Positions 24,239 to 35,632 are shown, counted from the first letter of the whole stretch. The stretch is DNA of 64,000 bases, filler included, from Globobulimina sp. (GCA_003354225.1; 17 parts of 17 records of this genome joined end to end with filler, not necessarily neighbours in it), one strand, 5' to 3'. The notes: generated by a model not told the origin, from the sequence alone. Program-made: numbers and translations.

Positions 24239-25717
24239 ATGACAACCACATGGATTGGAGAATGGTTGATATGTACAACTGTATTTATTTTGTTGTTGTA
24301 CTTATTAACACTGGTCCGACCAACGTACTTACACAACAGAAATGTGTACCACAATTATCCACCTGGTTATTTTGTTGGGTTCCCTGTTATAGGTTCGTTA
24401 CTTAGGGTAGGAAGTAATGGACTGGCATACCTCACAAATATTGGGAATGTTGGACCGTTAACAAATGCAAAACTTGGACGAAAAGATATTGTTTTTATCA
24501 ATGATGTCTCCATCCTTAAAAATAATCCACGAATGAAAAGTAAGCTCACTGATTTGGATCCAATAAAATTAGATTCGACCCAAAACAATTGCGGACCACT
24601 GATTAATTTAACTGGGCACGTATGGCTTCACAAAAAAAAACATGTGTCTGTATTAATTCAAAAAATAAACAAAAAAGTAAACAAACAATTTATTCTCAAT
24701 ATTATTGACAGATATTTATTTCCAAAATTTGATAAATTTGCAGAAGAGAACAAAGAATGTTACACATTAAGAGATGATATGACGCATATAGTGTGTTTGA
24801 TAATACATTTTGCTCTGTTTGGAAAGCATTTTGTTCAACCGAAATTTAATTCACTGGTAGAGGCTCTTGTTGGGGTGCCATTTCAAATTATTTTTGGAAC
24901 CACTGTTTCGTGGATTTTTGGTTCAAGACTAGGACATTTTATAAATCACAAAATATTAAAAAATATGAAAGCATTCAGCTCTGCAAACAATATAGTCACT
25001 GAATGGATGAACGAATATCTGAATAAAAACAGCAGTTCTGACGAGGATAATGGTTGTATTGGATTTCTGTTTCACGAAGCAAAGTTATCAGGCAAAGAGA
25101 TCATTAATGATTTAACTGGATTGTTTTCCCAAGTGATAGTATTTGGGCACTCAATAGAACTCGGTGTTTTATTTTTGACAAAATACCCCGACATTCAACG
25201 AAGATTATACACTGAATTATTGATGTACACTCAAAAATATGGCATGTTTTCTTTGAAACATATTGATGAGTTAAATGTTTTACGAGCATTTATTGCTGAA
25301 GTTCAAAGAAATAATGGCACAACACTGGCCAGTATGCCCAAGGTAGTACCCAATGATATTGAAACAGTGAGTGAGTATAACACACAAAAAGGAGCACTAT
25401 TTATGCTGAATATTTGGTTTATGAATCATGATAAAAAATACTGGAAAAAATGTGACGAATTTTCATTGGATAATTTTTTAGATGAACAGACACAAAAGTA
25501 TGAAAAAGATAAATTAAGAAATGTTATGACATTTGGGTATGGAAGAAGAAGGTGTGTAGGACAGACATTTTCAATGAAAGCAATGGCTTGCTTATTTGGT
25601 TATTTTGTTTTGCGATACAAATTTGTCGCCACACAATCATGTACAGTCATCAAGAATTGGATGCCATTTGGACAGAGTAACCCAAAAATTCCGATTCGCA
25701 TCGAATTGCGATTGTAG
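24239..25717 (+). CDS. Cytochrome P450, membrane-anchored, with atypical I-helix
   Basis: N-terminal TM plus PPG..GFPVIGSL hinge, EVQR (ExxR) and FGYGRRRCVG heme-ligand motif. Intronless. Confidence 0.93.
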   Translation: MTTTWIGEWLICTTVFILLLYLLTLVRPTYLHNRNVYHNYPPGYFVGFPVIGSLLRVGSNGLAYLTNIGNVGPLTNAKLGRKDIVFINDVSILKNNPRMKSKLTDLDPIKLDSTQNNCGPLINLTGHVWLHKKKHVSVLIQKINKKVNKQFILNIIDRYLFPKFDKFAEENKECYTLRDDMTHIVCLIIHFALFGKHFVQPKFNSLVEALVGVPFQIIFGTTVSWIFGSRLGHFINHKILKNMKAFSSANNIVTEWMNEYLNKNSSSDEDNGCIGFLFHEAKLSGKEIINDLTGLFSQVIVFGHSIELGVLFLTKYPDIQRRLYTELLMYTQKYGMFSLKHIDELNVLRAFIAEVQRNNGTTLASMPKVVPNDIETVSEYNTQKGALFMLNIWFMNHDKKYWKKCDEFSLDNFLDEQTQKYEKDKLRNVMTFGYGRRRCVGQTFSMKAMACLFGYFVLRYKFVATQSCTVIKNWMPFGQSNPKIPIRIELRL

Positions 25718-25907
25718 AATTGATAACTTTGTTTGTTTGTTTCTTTTTCTTTTGTTTTTTACTTATTATTATTCTGATTTGCTTTGTATTGTGCGCATGG
25801 TTACGACATTCATTATATAAAAATCGCTCCTTCCAATATTTAAACTGTCCGTGACATGTATTTCGTTTCTGTTAATTTCATAAACTTCATTTGTGTTTGA
25901 ATAATTA

Positions 25908-26108
25908 TTACCGCCAATTATTATTGAGAGTAACAGCAGACATCATCGATCGAGCTTGAGTTAAACTCACATTCATGTGCAACCAGTAATTATTTGCAAT
26001 TTTATATTGATAGATGTGATTTGAATAAGCACACGCTCCACCGAATATAAATACAGAATTAGAATCATTTGAATAAGCACACGCTGCACTTGTGATACCA
26101 TCAGACAA
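25908..26108 (-). pseudogene. Kelch-repeat fragment with an internal 19-nt duplication
   Basis: VFIFGG..IYQYKIANNYW..SLTQARSMMSAV. ATTTGAATAAGCACACGCT occurs twice, and there is no flanking coding continuity. Confidence 0.55.
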
Positions 26109-26138
26109 TTATGGGTTATTTGGTGTGTTATTTAACAG

Positions 26139-26351
26139 CATATGAGGGATTTGGAGAAGAAGGAGAGAGTGATAAAGCGGGGGTTTATTGAACAAGAAAT
26201 TATCAGCACAGAGGAGAGGTACTATCAAGGTCTGGATACGTTGCTGAATGGTTTGATACAACCTATGTTCGATAATGGTTATGTGGATAAGAAGTATTAT
26301 GCACAGATTAGATCTTCGTTGCCGCAGATATTGCAATTTCATGCAGAGTTT
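26139..26351 (+). CDS. RhoGEF (DH domain) exon fragment
   Basis: EIISTEERYYQGLDTL..LPQILQFHAEF, preceded by acceptor TTTAACAG. Confidence 0.7.
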
Positions 26352-26451
26352 NNNNNNNNNNNNNNNNNNNNNNNNNNNNNNNNNNNNNNNNNNNNTTAAT
26401 TAATTAANNNNNNNNNNNNNNNNNNNNNNNNNNNNNNNNNNNNNNNNNNNN

Positions 26452-27185
26452 CTGCCCCGCAGTTGTTTGAATATCATACTGCAATAAATTTGTTTTTTTA
26501 TTCTGTGTGATTGTGGCTTTCTTACTTTGTCCACAGAGTGCTCCTCGATAACTAACAGGATAACCATAAATATGCACTAACTCTGGATTGTCATCATCTA
26601 ATTCATCTAAACTGGTCATTTCTTTCTGGGAATTGCTTAATATATTTATGGATACAAAATGTTGTCAGAAGAGAGGGTCACACAACTTACGGAAATACGC
26701 ATATACCTAAAATATTTATCTTTGTTCTTAAATGTAATTATTGCCAAATCATTTTGAGAAACCGCTTTCGATGGATCATAATCCGGATGAACCCATTGAT
26801 CGATCATCTTATATTCTTGTATTGATTTACTGTTTTTTTTATCAAAGGTGGCTCTTCTCTCAAACCATGCGTCATCACAAGAAACTATTTCATTCTGAAT
26901 GGGATCAAAGAATTTCAGATTATGTGCACATGTAACCGCATATACGTTATTTTTATTTTTATCAACGGAAAATACACTGGCGGTACCATTGAATGACATG
27001 GTTTTGTTATTTACTTTAAAATGCATTCGTAACTGACCGATCCTGGACAAGAAGCTTGTTGACGTTTTAGAGCTATCTGTTACAATCACGTTTCTTTGTT
27101 CTTCAGCGTCAGTAATAATTGCTGCTTCTCTTGTCATTCTTGGAACTGCCATGTATGTGTTTACATCAGTCATTTGTTGAGCCAT
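26452..27185 (-). CDS. Trypsin-like serine protease (V8/glutamyl-endopeptidase style), 3' partial, one intron
   Basis: GTASV, AVTCAHN (His), NDLAII (Asp), IYGYP and YDIQTTAGQ leading towards the catalytic Ser at the contig end. No signal peptide. Confidence 0.85.
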
Positions 27186-27243
27186 TATATGTTAGAGTTC
27201 ACTGAAGAGCAGCAATAGATTTATTTGAGGGATACGCACTGAC

Positions 27244-28694
27244 TCAAACTGTATATTTCAACACAAGTTTCTGTTGTTCGAAAAGAATAACAGCCAATTC
27301 ATACAACCAAACATCGCCAGGATTAAATGCCAATATTTTTTCAGTTTCTTCTTCTGTCAATGGATTCTGTGGCTTCTTTTTATTTGCATTCATAGTCCAC
27401 ATTCTCGTTTGTTTCATATTCCACAAAGATTCCAATTGTTGCACAGATTCCGTCAAACGATCAAATATTCCAACCCAGCCCATATTCATTAAATTCCATC
27501 TGGCCATCTCATAATGTTTGCGGGTCACAACCCAATCTTTTCTTGGCGCTTTGGCCTCATTTCTATGCGGCAATAACTTGACGGACTCATCAGCCGCATT
27601 CCACCATGCTTGCGAATGTACGCCAGCAATATGAACAACACTGCAATCTTTGCTATCTTCCATATATCCCACCCATTGGAGTAAGCTCTTATTTTTGGTC
27701 CATCGATGGTTTGGGTCGTTCCTTTTCTCTCTATGGTAATAAAAATGCGATTTAACTCTAGACAGTGGATGTCGTACAACTGTCGCATACGTATAATTCA
27801 ATTTGTTTATCCATGTTCTATTTCCGCGATCTTTATCCGTTATAAATGCTTTATGAAAACCATATGCTAAATGTCCGAATATCATAAAAGAGTAACCTCC
27901 GTTGAGTATATTGTTCATATTTCTGTGTCTCACAGCTCTCTGACTCCAGTAATGATAAAATCGTTTTTTGAACTCTTTCTGGAAAGTATATGCTAACGAA
28001 GTTCCTGCTGTTTTGGGCACGCTGTGTGACGCATAAATAATAGATATAAATCAATATAATATCACTAGTAAACAATATATATGTAATTATTAACTGGATG
28101 AATAGATACGGCATTCTTTGCGGCATTATGTTTGATAAATATTCAATTCTTTGTGCCAATACGTTTACTTCCGCTAAAGAGAAACCATGCATTATGGATA
28201 TATTTAGCATTTTGCTCAATAAATGAGTGCAATCCAGAGGTAATGTCATGTGGTTTTTGCATAGTTTATGCAAATAATGACTCAAGCGATCTTTATAAAT
28301 AGCTAGCCCTTGATTAGATATGTCCGACTTAACATATTCCAATTCCTTGTAGTTAACGGATCGCCCGATTCGATTGCTGTGTCGTGAATTTTTGACCAAT
28401 TCATTGTTAAATGTTTCCAGTCGCATTTGGAATTTCGATTTGCGTAATGTACGTGTATTGTAACTATTGTTATTCTTTTGCAGATGGTTGTTTATAAATT
28501 GTACCACTTTGTCATCGCTGATAGTGATGCCGTCCAACACTGAATATATCATTAAGTGACTGCTTCAGATCTGAAAGGATATTAACAAATAAACCTGAAT
28601 ATGGATCTTGATAAATATGTAGTGTGTATAGACTGAGCAGCAATATGAAGGTAATGATGCAGTATATACAACTCTGATAAGACCACATGTACAT
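27244..28694 (-). CDS. Type II membrane sulfotransferase (Sulfotransfer_2 / HS6ST-like); introns ~28540-28594 and 28022-28094
   Basis: Spliced YLFIHVPKTAGTS (5'-PSB), VVRHPLSRVKSHFYY (3'-PB) and N..DVWLYELA, plus an N-terminal TM. Confidence 0.88.
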
Positions 28695-29015
28695 GGTTTT
28701 GTTAGCTTGAATGCGAATTGGTTATTATATTTTTTTTGATTGGTATATGTTTTTTATGTCATGTAGTCTGTAGAGTGGTATTGACAGTGGTAACTCGAAA
28801 AACATCCAGGTTCAATTACTATTACTACTCACCAGTGGCAGTGTCGCAGCAAATGGTTTTATAGAGTTGCCTAATAATTATTAATCCTTTTCAGTGTAAT
28901 CGAAACTAAGGGAGGATCTTCGGGTTGGTTATTCATGTTTATTTATTTCATAAATTCTAAAGCAAATTATGATAGTTACATTATATAATAAAAGAACTCT
29001 TCAATTTCATTAAAA

Positions 29016-29609
29016 TCATTTAAAAAAAATGCTAGTTCCTTTAATATGTGAATTCAAACAAACAACCAAATAATATGTTTTTCCCAACTGTAGATTCCTA
29101 AAAGCAATTCCTTGATCAACCCCATTTACTTTATATCCCATTTCTTGTTTTTCAAAATCTACTCTCATTTCAATTACATCACCGGCACCCAATTTAATTC
29201 CATATTTTTCAAGATAACCTAAATAGCATTTATTACCAGTCCATCCATTATATCCATAATCTATCTCCTTCCAATCAGCATCAACATCCCTGTTTGATTG
29301 AATACCTATGAACATGCTTTCCTTCCATGTCAACCTCCATTTATATTTATATTTATGTTTGCTGCCTGCCTCAATTCCTATGCTTCCATATACATTGACG
29401 TAACCATAACCACAACCTTTGCTTGTAACAGTTTTCCCATTCTTTGAGATTGTAATCAATTTATTGGCACTTTTGAATGTGTCTACAATATTTTTATAAT
29501 AATCGCCATAATATTGATAACAAATTTGATTAATCGATATTGGAATTATTTTCGGTTTAATTGTTTTTTGAACTTGTCGTATGTAGTCATTAACAATTAA
29601 AACCTCCAT
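29016..29609 (-). CDS. SPRY/B30.2-like domain protein
   Basis: YKWRL..MFIGI..YGIKLGAGDVIEMRVDF..MGYKVNGVDQGIAF..YYLVV. Confidence 0.8.
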   Translation of the reverse strand: MEVLIVNDYIRQVQKTIKPKIIPISINQICYQYYGDYYKNIVDTFKSANKLITISKNGKTVTSKGCGYGYVNVYGSIGIEAGSKHKYKYKWRLTWKESMFIGIQSNRDVDADWKEIDYGYNGWTGNKCYLGYLEKYGIKLGAGDVIEMRVDFEKQEMGYKVNGVDQGIAFRNLQLGKTYYLVVCLNSHIKGTSIFFK

Positions 29610-29841
29610 AACTCACAGTTGTGATTCTTGTCAAATCGCGCGAGATTCGGCGGATTCAGTTCCTAGGTGATGGGACAACTGATTTCTAACGTTTCTGTGA
29701 AAACCTTTCAAGTAAAGTATAATTTGTTTGAAAATTTTGAAACTAAAGAGGAAGTGATCAGCATTCCGGTGTGTGCGAGGATAATGTATACAGTTTCAAA
29801 CGTATTCCAGTTTCAAATTATTCATGTTCTAAAGTACTGTA

Positions 29842-30127
29842 CTATAATACAATCAATTTGACATGCTGCGAATAGCCAAATCTCCATTTATTTCTTTCAA
29901 ATAATTGAATAACTTCATTCATATACCACTTATGGCATTCGTCAATCTGTTCTTGTGTTGGATTCTCAATTTTCTTTCCAATGCAATATGTGTTACCACT
30001 AAAAATAGCATGTAATCCGATATCCCTCCTCGGTAACAATTAATGGACTGTACCAATATGGCCCAATATGAAACACAGTCGGTATATTTCTACGATTTAA
30101 CCATTGTTTTAATTTGGTAATCCATGC
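29842..30127 (-). CDS. DGAT2/MOGAT acyltransferase C-terminal fragment (one extra base near 30040)
   Basis: LPRR..G..IENPTQEQIDECHKWYMNEVIQLFERNKWRFGY. The upstream frame is offset by one base. Confidence 0.7.
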
Positions 30128-30227
30128 NNNNNNNNNNNNNNNNNNNNNNNNNNNNNNNNNNNNNNNNNNNNTTAATTAATTAANNNNNNNNNNNNNNNNN
30201 NNNNNNNNNNNNNNNNNNNNNNNNNNN

Positions 30228-31117
30228 AGACAATCTTTCTTTCAATTTCTGTGGATACACATAATAAAACCCATCGTTTTTTAAAGACAAAAAATCATAT
30301 TCGAAGCCTTTACGCAATCTATTTATCATTGAAATATAATTATATTTCTTTTGTAACTCCGCATCGATTGCATTCTGATGAAGGGGCAAAGGATATGATT
30401 GTATTAAAATTTCCGATATGTTCAAAACTAACATTGACATTGATGAACCAGGCGGTATCATAACGGGTTTATATTTATTTGGTGGCGGTATGTTATCGTT
30501 TGCATATTTTTCATCGTCAGAGCTTGGCGGAGTGCATGGAAGTATATTGTTTTTGTTTTTATTTAGGTTTTGTAGGTTATTATAGTTTGGTGGCGGTGGT
30601 GGCGGATCTTTGCGTGTTGGTTTTCGATGGGGAACCACTGAGCCTTCACGAGCACGGTTAGGAATTTGTTTTTCTTCGCTCATATTCAGATTATAATTGT
30701 GGACATTTTGATTGTTGTGATACAATGAGTTCGAGTGGGATGAATTGGATTTTTCATCGTTATTACATCTTTGATGCAACATTGATTTCTCTTTTATCCA
30801 ATTGAAATAGTGGCCTTCTTGGCTATATATTTAAATTATATACGTTTCTCGTAAATTTCTCAGATCAAATCAGACTGTTCTAACAGTGAGAGATTGTTTA
30901 TTATGGCTATTTTTCGTGAAAATTTCTCTGCTCTGTGACCATAAGCTGGTAATCGTGATACTATCAAAACTTTTGTTTCATTGATCTTCTTGTAATTATT
31001 TATTGCTTCATTAATAGTTTTATTTGATTCGCTATATTTCTTAAAAACCGAGAAAGAAATGATATCCATTATAACACCCAAAGAATAAAAACTCCTCAAA
31101 AACTCTTTTTGTTGCAT
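30228..31117 (-). CDS. Hypothetical protein with Pro/Asn-rich linker, 3' partial; intron ~30823-30884
   Basis: The intron CT|GTTAG..ATATAG|C joins ORF 30860-31117 to the 30782 ORF in frame. The start is 31117 or the second Met near 31069. Confidence 0.6.
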
Positions 31118-31118
31118 A

Positions 31119-32723
31119 ATGTTTTCGGATACTGTTCAATTGGCAGATATTAATGACTTCATCACCCTCGAACAGGAATGTATTATTCAAACCGGAAGCA
31201 ATGTGAAAATTGATAATGATTCATTGCTGGATGATGACATTGGAAGTGTAAAAATAAAAAAAAAGAATGTTCATTTTAATCAGATTGTAACGGATAAAGC
31301 CACCAATACCGCTAAACTGACATTAAATGATTGCTTAGCATGTTCGGGTTGTATTACATCGGCAGAAACAGTACTAATTAAACAACAGTCGACATCACAA
31401 ATGGAATCATATTTGACGACTCATAAAAATGCAATTTTAATTGTTACTGTTTCAAATCAAGCACTTATTGCAATTGCAAACAGATATAAAATGGATACAA
31501 AATTAGCGATGCATAAAATATCTGCATTTTTCAAACAAGAATACAATGCAAAATACGTATTCAACACAAACATTGCATTGGAAATTGTATTAAAAGAATC
31601 CATTCATGAATTCATCACAAACTACACTCAAAACTTCATCGCACCACTTAATGAACAAAAAACAGAGGAAAAAAAACAGCAAACTAAACAGTTAAAATTA
31701 CCAATATTATCATCAGAGTGTCCCGGATTTGTATGCTATGCGGAAAAATCATGCAAAGCAAGCGTTTTGCACTACATTTCTTCATTAAAATCACCCCAAC
31801 AAATCATGGGATTGCTAATTAAGAAATATTTATTGAACAAAATAAATAAACAATGCAATAATTCCATAAATGAGTCGCAAATTTATCATGTCACAGTCAT
31901 GCCATGTTACGATAAAAAATTAGAAGCGTCGAGGAAGGAATTTATCCTCCAAAACAATACAAATATAAAAGAAGTTGATTGCGTGATCACAAGCGTTGAA
32001 ATTGAACAGTTGTTAAACTCAAAAGAAATTCATAATTTATCCACATTTAATTCCAACAATGGTTATCAGCGGCGGTGTGATGATATTTTGCAGTGGTTTG
32101 AGAGTGGAAACACATTCGTTTCTGAAATAGTTGCAGATAATAAAGGGTCGCACGGATATTTAGAAAATATATTCATAGCAAGTGCTAAACAATTATTTGG
32201 CATTGATTTCAAATTAAATGACTTGAAATATAAGAGATTGCGGAACGAGGATATCGAGGAATTGTCATTGGTGTTGAACGAGGAAGAAATCAGTAATTTG
32301 CCGTTTAAGTTTAGACATAACAGTGGTGGCTCGAGGAAGGTGTTAAGTTTTTTGCGGTGTTACGGATTTAGAAATATTCAGAATGTTATTCGTAAAATTG
32401 AGAAACATAAAAGTAAATACCATTATGTTGAAATCATGGCGTGTCCCTTTGGCTGCTTGAATGGTGGGGGACAGATCAGAATGGATTTAAACGATATTGA
32501 GAGCAAAAAAATAACTAAACAGAGACTGCATATTGAAAAAATGAGAGAGTTATTGTATAAATCGCAGGTTAGGGATTTGAAGCAAATTGATAAGAATCGG
32601 AATGTGAAAATATCGGATGTGTTGTATCAACAAGTACTTCAATGTGATGTTGGAAGTAATGATTTGTTGAAGATGACGTTGAAACATGTTGATAATACAG
32701 CCAAATTGAACATTAATTGGTGA
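31119..32723 (+). CDS. NAR1: Cytosolic Fe-S assembly factor NAR1/CIAO3 ([FeFe]-hydrogenase-like)
   Basis: LADINDFI..QECI, LNDCLACSGCITSAETVL, SECPGFVCYAEK, MPCYDKKLEASR, YGFRNIQN, EIMACPFGCLNGGGQ and a C-terminal Trp. Confidence 0.96.
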   Translation: MFSDTVQLADINDFITLEQECIIQTGSNVKIDNDSLLDDDIGSVKIKKKNVHFNQIVTDKATNTAKLTLNDCLACSGCITSAETVLIKQQSTSQMESYLTTHKNAILIVTVSNQALIAIANRYKMDTKLAMHKISAFFKQEYNAKYVFNTNIALEIVLKESIHEFITNYTQNFIAPLNEQKTEEKKQQTKQLKLPILSSECPGFVCYAEKSCKASVLHYISSLKSPQQIMGLLIKKYLLNKINKQCNNSINESQIYHVTVMPCYDKKLEASRKEFILQNNTNIKEVDCVITSVEIEQLLNSKEIHNLSTFNSNNGYQRRCDDILQWFESGNTFVSEIVADNKGSHGYLENIFIASAKQLFGIDFKLNDLKYKRLRNEDIEELSLVLNEEEISNLPFKFRHNSGGSRKVLSFLRCYGFRNIQNVIRKIEKHKSKYHYVEIMACPFGCLNGGGQIRMDLNDIESKKITKQRLHIEKMRELLYKSQVRDLKQIDKNRNVKISDVLYQQVLQCDVGSNDLLKMTLKHVDNTAKLNINW

Positions 32724-32769
32724 AAATCTTTGATTTACAGGTTTTTTTAAGTCAAGCACTAGTACTTTA

Positions 32770-33732
32770 ATGAGGAGATTCTGTTCGTTAACGCAAAGCA
32801 ATAAATACACTGCATTTCGGCATCCTTCACTGAAAATAGCAAATGGTATTCATGGCGATGGTGTAATTTCCACAAATAACATTCCAATGGGTTCAATATT
32901 ATTAGTTGAATCGGGACTATTTAATATTAAAAATGTAATAAACGGCAAAGATATTATGCATGTTTTAAATCAATATAAAAATGATGAATACACAACAGAT
33001 GTGATGGAGTCATCATATTACAATGATAACGCAAAAAAATTGTATGATTGCGATGATATAAATGTGCAAAGATTTATAATTAATTCAGTTGGAGGTGATG
33101 TATTCCCCATTTTGAGCAAAATAAATCATGATCATAGCTATCCAACCAATGTTACAATCTTTCACAGTCCCACACTTTCTAAAAATAATCAGTTGAATGA
33201 GATGCGAAATAAAGCGATTGTGGTTGCAACAGATGACATATCGGCTGATGATGAACTATTTTATGATTATTTTAATGTAATGACTATAACAAATACGGAT
33301 AACTCGCTCAAAATGTTTGAAATGAACCAGCAAATCCATGATATTCATATTGATAAAGATATTTTTGATGATTTTATTGCCTCTGATGGTAAATATAATT
33401 TTATAAATAGCCAAACTATAACAAGTGAGTGTGAATATAAAGCAATGTTCCGGAGGATAGTTAATGATATATATTTGAATGGCATTTCTAGCTCAGGTTG
33501 TTTTTTAGAGGTTGATAAGGAAAGACTTTGTGACAGAAAGCAAGCAATCAAAAATAAAATATTTCGGATGGAATTTTCAATGCAGCATTCCAAATATGGT
33601 GGCTTTTTCAGTCAAATTGCACAATCAAATATTGACCATACAAAGTATAATGAAATCATCGAATCCATACAGTCTGACTTGTCGGTGACACAAATGAGAG
33701 AGTTATTCAACATTTATGATATAAAAATGTAA
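32770..33732 (+). CDS. SET-domain methyltransferase-like protein
   Basis: HGDGVIST..IPMGSILLVE, FPILSKINH and ATDDISADDELFYDY. Confidence 0.8.
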   Translation: MRRFCSLTQSNKYTAFRHPSLKIANGIHGDGVISTNNIPMGSILLVESGLFNIKNVINGKDIMHVLNQYKNDEYTTDVMESSYYNDNAKKLYDCDDINVQRFIINSVGGDVFPILSKINHDHSYPTNVTIFHSPTLSKNNQLNEMRNKAIVVATDDISADDELFYDYFNVMTITNTDNSLKMFEMNQQIHDIHIDKDIFDDFIASDGKYNFINSQTITSECEYKAMFRRIVNDIYLNGISSSGCFLEVDKERLCDRKQAIKNKIFRMEFSMQHSKYGGFFSQIAQSNIDHTKYNEIIESIQSDLSVTQMRELFNIYDIKM

Positions 33733-34144
33733 AACCTACGTATACTTTTTATATATTGTCTGCTTTCTAATCCTGAAGCGAGAGTGTCAGAAATTTCAGT
33801 TTATGGCAAATATTTTAATTAACCAACTGCTGTTTTCTCAATTTAAAAATTAGTAAAGAAACAGCTTACCTAGAAAAAAGTAAGAACATATTGATAAATC
33901 CTTNNNNNNNNNNNNNNNNNNNNNNNNNNNNNNNNNNNNNNNNNNNNTTAATTAATTAANNNNNNNNNNNNNNNNNNNNNNNNNNNNNNNNNNNNNNNNN
34001 NNNATAAAGATGAAAAGACACTCTTTGCTTGTTCATAAACTTGCAGAGTAATAATGTTTTTGCTTAGTAAACAAAATACAAATCCGTTGCTTAGTAATCA
34101 AAAACATATTACCTACACTGTATACAATCAAATCTGTTTTTCAA

Positions 34145-35632
34145 ATGATGCATTTTACAGTCACCGAAATGGGTTTTAGCACAGGATTTGTTTTTTGGTA
34201 CTGGCCATATTATGCATCCAACAATGAAACAAATGAACAAAAAGATTTCTTCAAATGGGGCAATGTCGATGACTTTGGTGGATATAACCAACAAGATTTA
34301 TATATAAAACGAGGCAAATATGGCGATTTTAAAGCAGAAATATTAAATTATGAAAATGTTATCGAAATAAATGATTACGAACTTATTATAACCAAAGCAA
34401 ATGGTTATATGCAATCAAATTACTGTAAACGTATAAAAGCAAAAAGCCCAGAAAGATTTGCCATGCGTCATTATGATATATCGCCAGATTCGCCAATAAC
34501 AACACAGCATATTATCAGTCTGTCATTGTATTGTGACTTTACAAAATTATGCACTTCATTCAGCGCTACTTTCCGAAAATTACATCAATTCGAGACATTA
34601 AAAGAAGTCAAACAAAGAAACGCAAATTATTTTTTTATGAGCAAATATTTGCGAGAGTTAGTAGAAATTTATGGGAGTTCTGCATATATTTGGGACAGCG
34701 TTGCAAATAAAATGAAAGCTGGTGAACAAGGACCATTTTACTGTGGTATGTCCACTGTGATGTTAGTGCCAGCATTTAGTATTCGGCTCAACGGTCCCAC
34801 CTCGACAACCAAACAAATATCAGTTGCGCGGATTTTTGCTGGTGATGGCGGCATAATAATACAGTTAAATAACGCATATTATGCTGGCGGCAGAGAGCAG
34901 CGGTTTTTTAATACTGGCTGGATATCCAACTTTACGTCGGAGGATGAACGGTTTACATTTGGTGGGAGTTATCCTGTGCAGATACAAAGTATTCGGCATA
35001 TTGCACAGAAAAAGAGATATGATATATTTTTCGAGCCACTTTTCAGATTTGATGCAATAGTTTCTGGATTAGATTTGGATATTGATTGGAATGAACGGCA
35101 TATTGCAATATTAGACTCTTTTATTAACAAAAAACATCGATTTGATGATTATATATTAGATACTTTCAGTCATTATTTAGAATCCAAAAAGACATTGACC
35201 TTTCATTTACCGTTAATTGATGCTTATATTCCGGCAAAAGTTAAAGATTTAATATTTTATTCTGTCAATGGTGTACCAGATAGAGATAAAACTGTTTATG
35301 TGGATGAGGGTACAAATGTTAATATTCCACGACCAGAAATATTAAATATGTTTAAAAATATGGAGAAATTGGTGATATATTCGGTGGATGAACGTGGTAA
35401 GACAACATATCAGATGTCATTAAAGCAGTTGGTGCGGGGGATGAATATTAATGTAAAATGTGAAATTACTGCAAGATGGAAAGATTGGAAAGGAAAAAAG
35501 GATAAAAGACGGAGTTGGTTATTTTATCAAGATCTATCTACATCAATTCCAAAAAGTTTTAGATCATCGTTAAAAAGCTTCACTGATTATAATAAAAAAT
35601 ATAATGATGTGTTGTGTATCCAATCAAAATAA
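34145..35632 (+). CDS. ADP-ribosyltransferase-fold-like protein, expanded family member 1
   Basis: SLSLYCD, FYCGMS, GPTSTT and WISNFTSEDERF are ordered like the ARTC motifs YT, YRG, STS and ExE. Confidence 0.6.
   Translation: MMHFTVTEMGFSTGFVFWYWPYYASNNETNEQKDFFKWGNVDDFGGYNQQDLYIKRGKYGDFKAEILNYENVIEINDYELIITKANGYMQSNYCKRIKAKSPERFAMRHYDISPDSPITTQHIISLSLYCDFTKLCTSFSATFRKLHQFETLKEVKQRNANYFFMSKYLRELVEIYGSSAYIWDSVANKMKAGEQGPFYCGMSTVMLVPAFSIRLNGPTSTTKQISVARIFAGDGGIIIQLNNAYYAGGREQRFFNTGWISNFTSEDERFTFGGSYPVQIQSIRHIAQKKRYDIFFEPLFRFDAIVSGLDLDIDWNERHIAILDSFINKKHRFDDYILDTFSHYLESKKTLTFHLPLIDAYIPAKVKDLIFYSVNGVPDRDKTVYVDEGTNVNIPRPEILNMFKNMEKLVIYSVDERGKTTYQMSLKQLVRGMNINVKCEITARWKDWKGKKDKRRSWLFYQDLSTSIPKSFRSSLKSFTDYNKKYNDVLCIQSK

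Noticed and set aside
31119-32723. True [FeFe]-hydrogenase indicating anaerobic H2 metabolism
   Set aside because: The motifs (DINDFI..QECI, LNDCLACSGC, SECPG, terminal Trp) identify the housekeeping NAR1/CIAO3.
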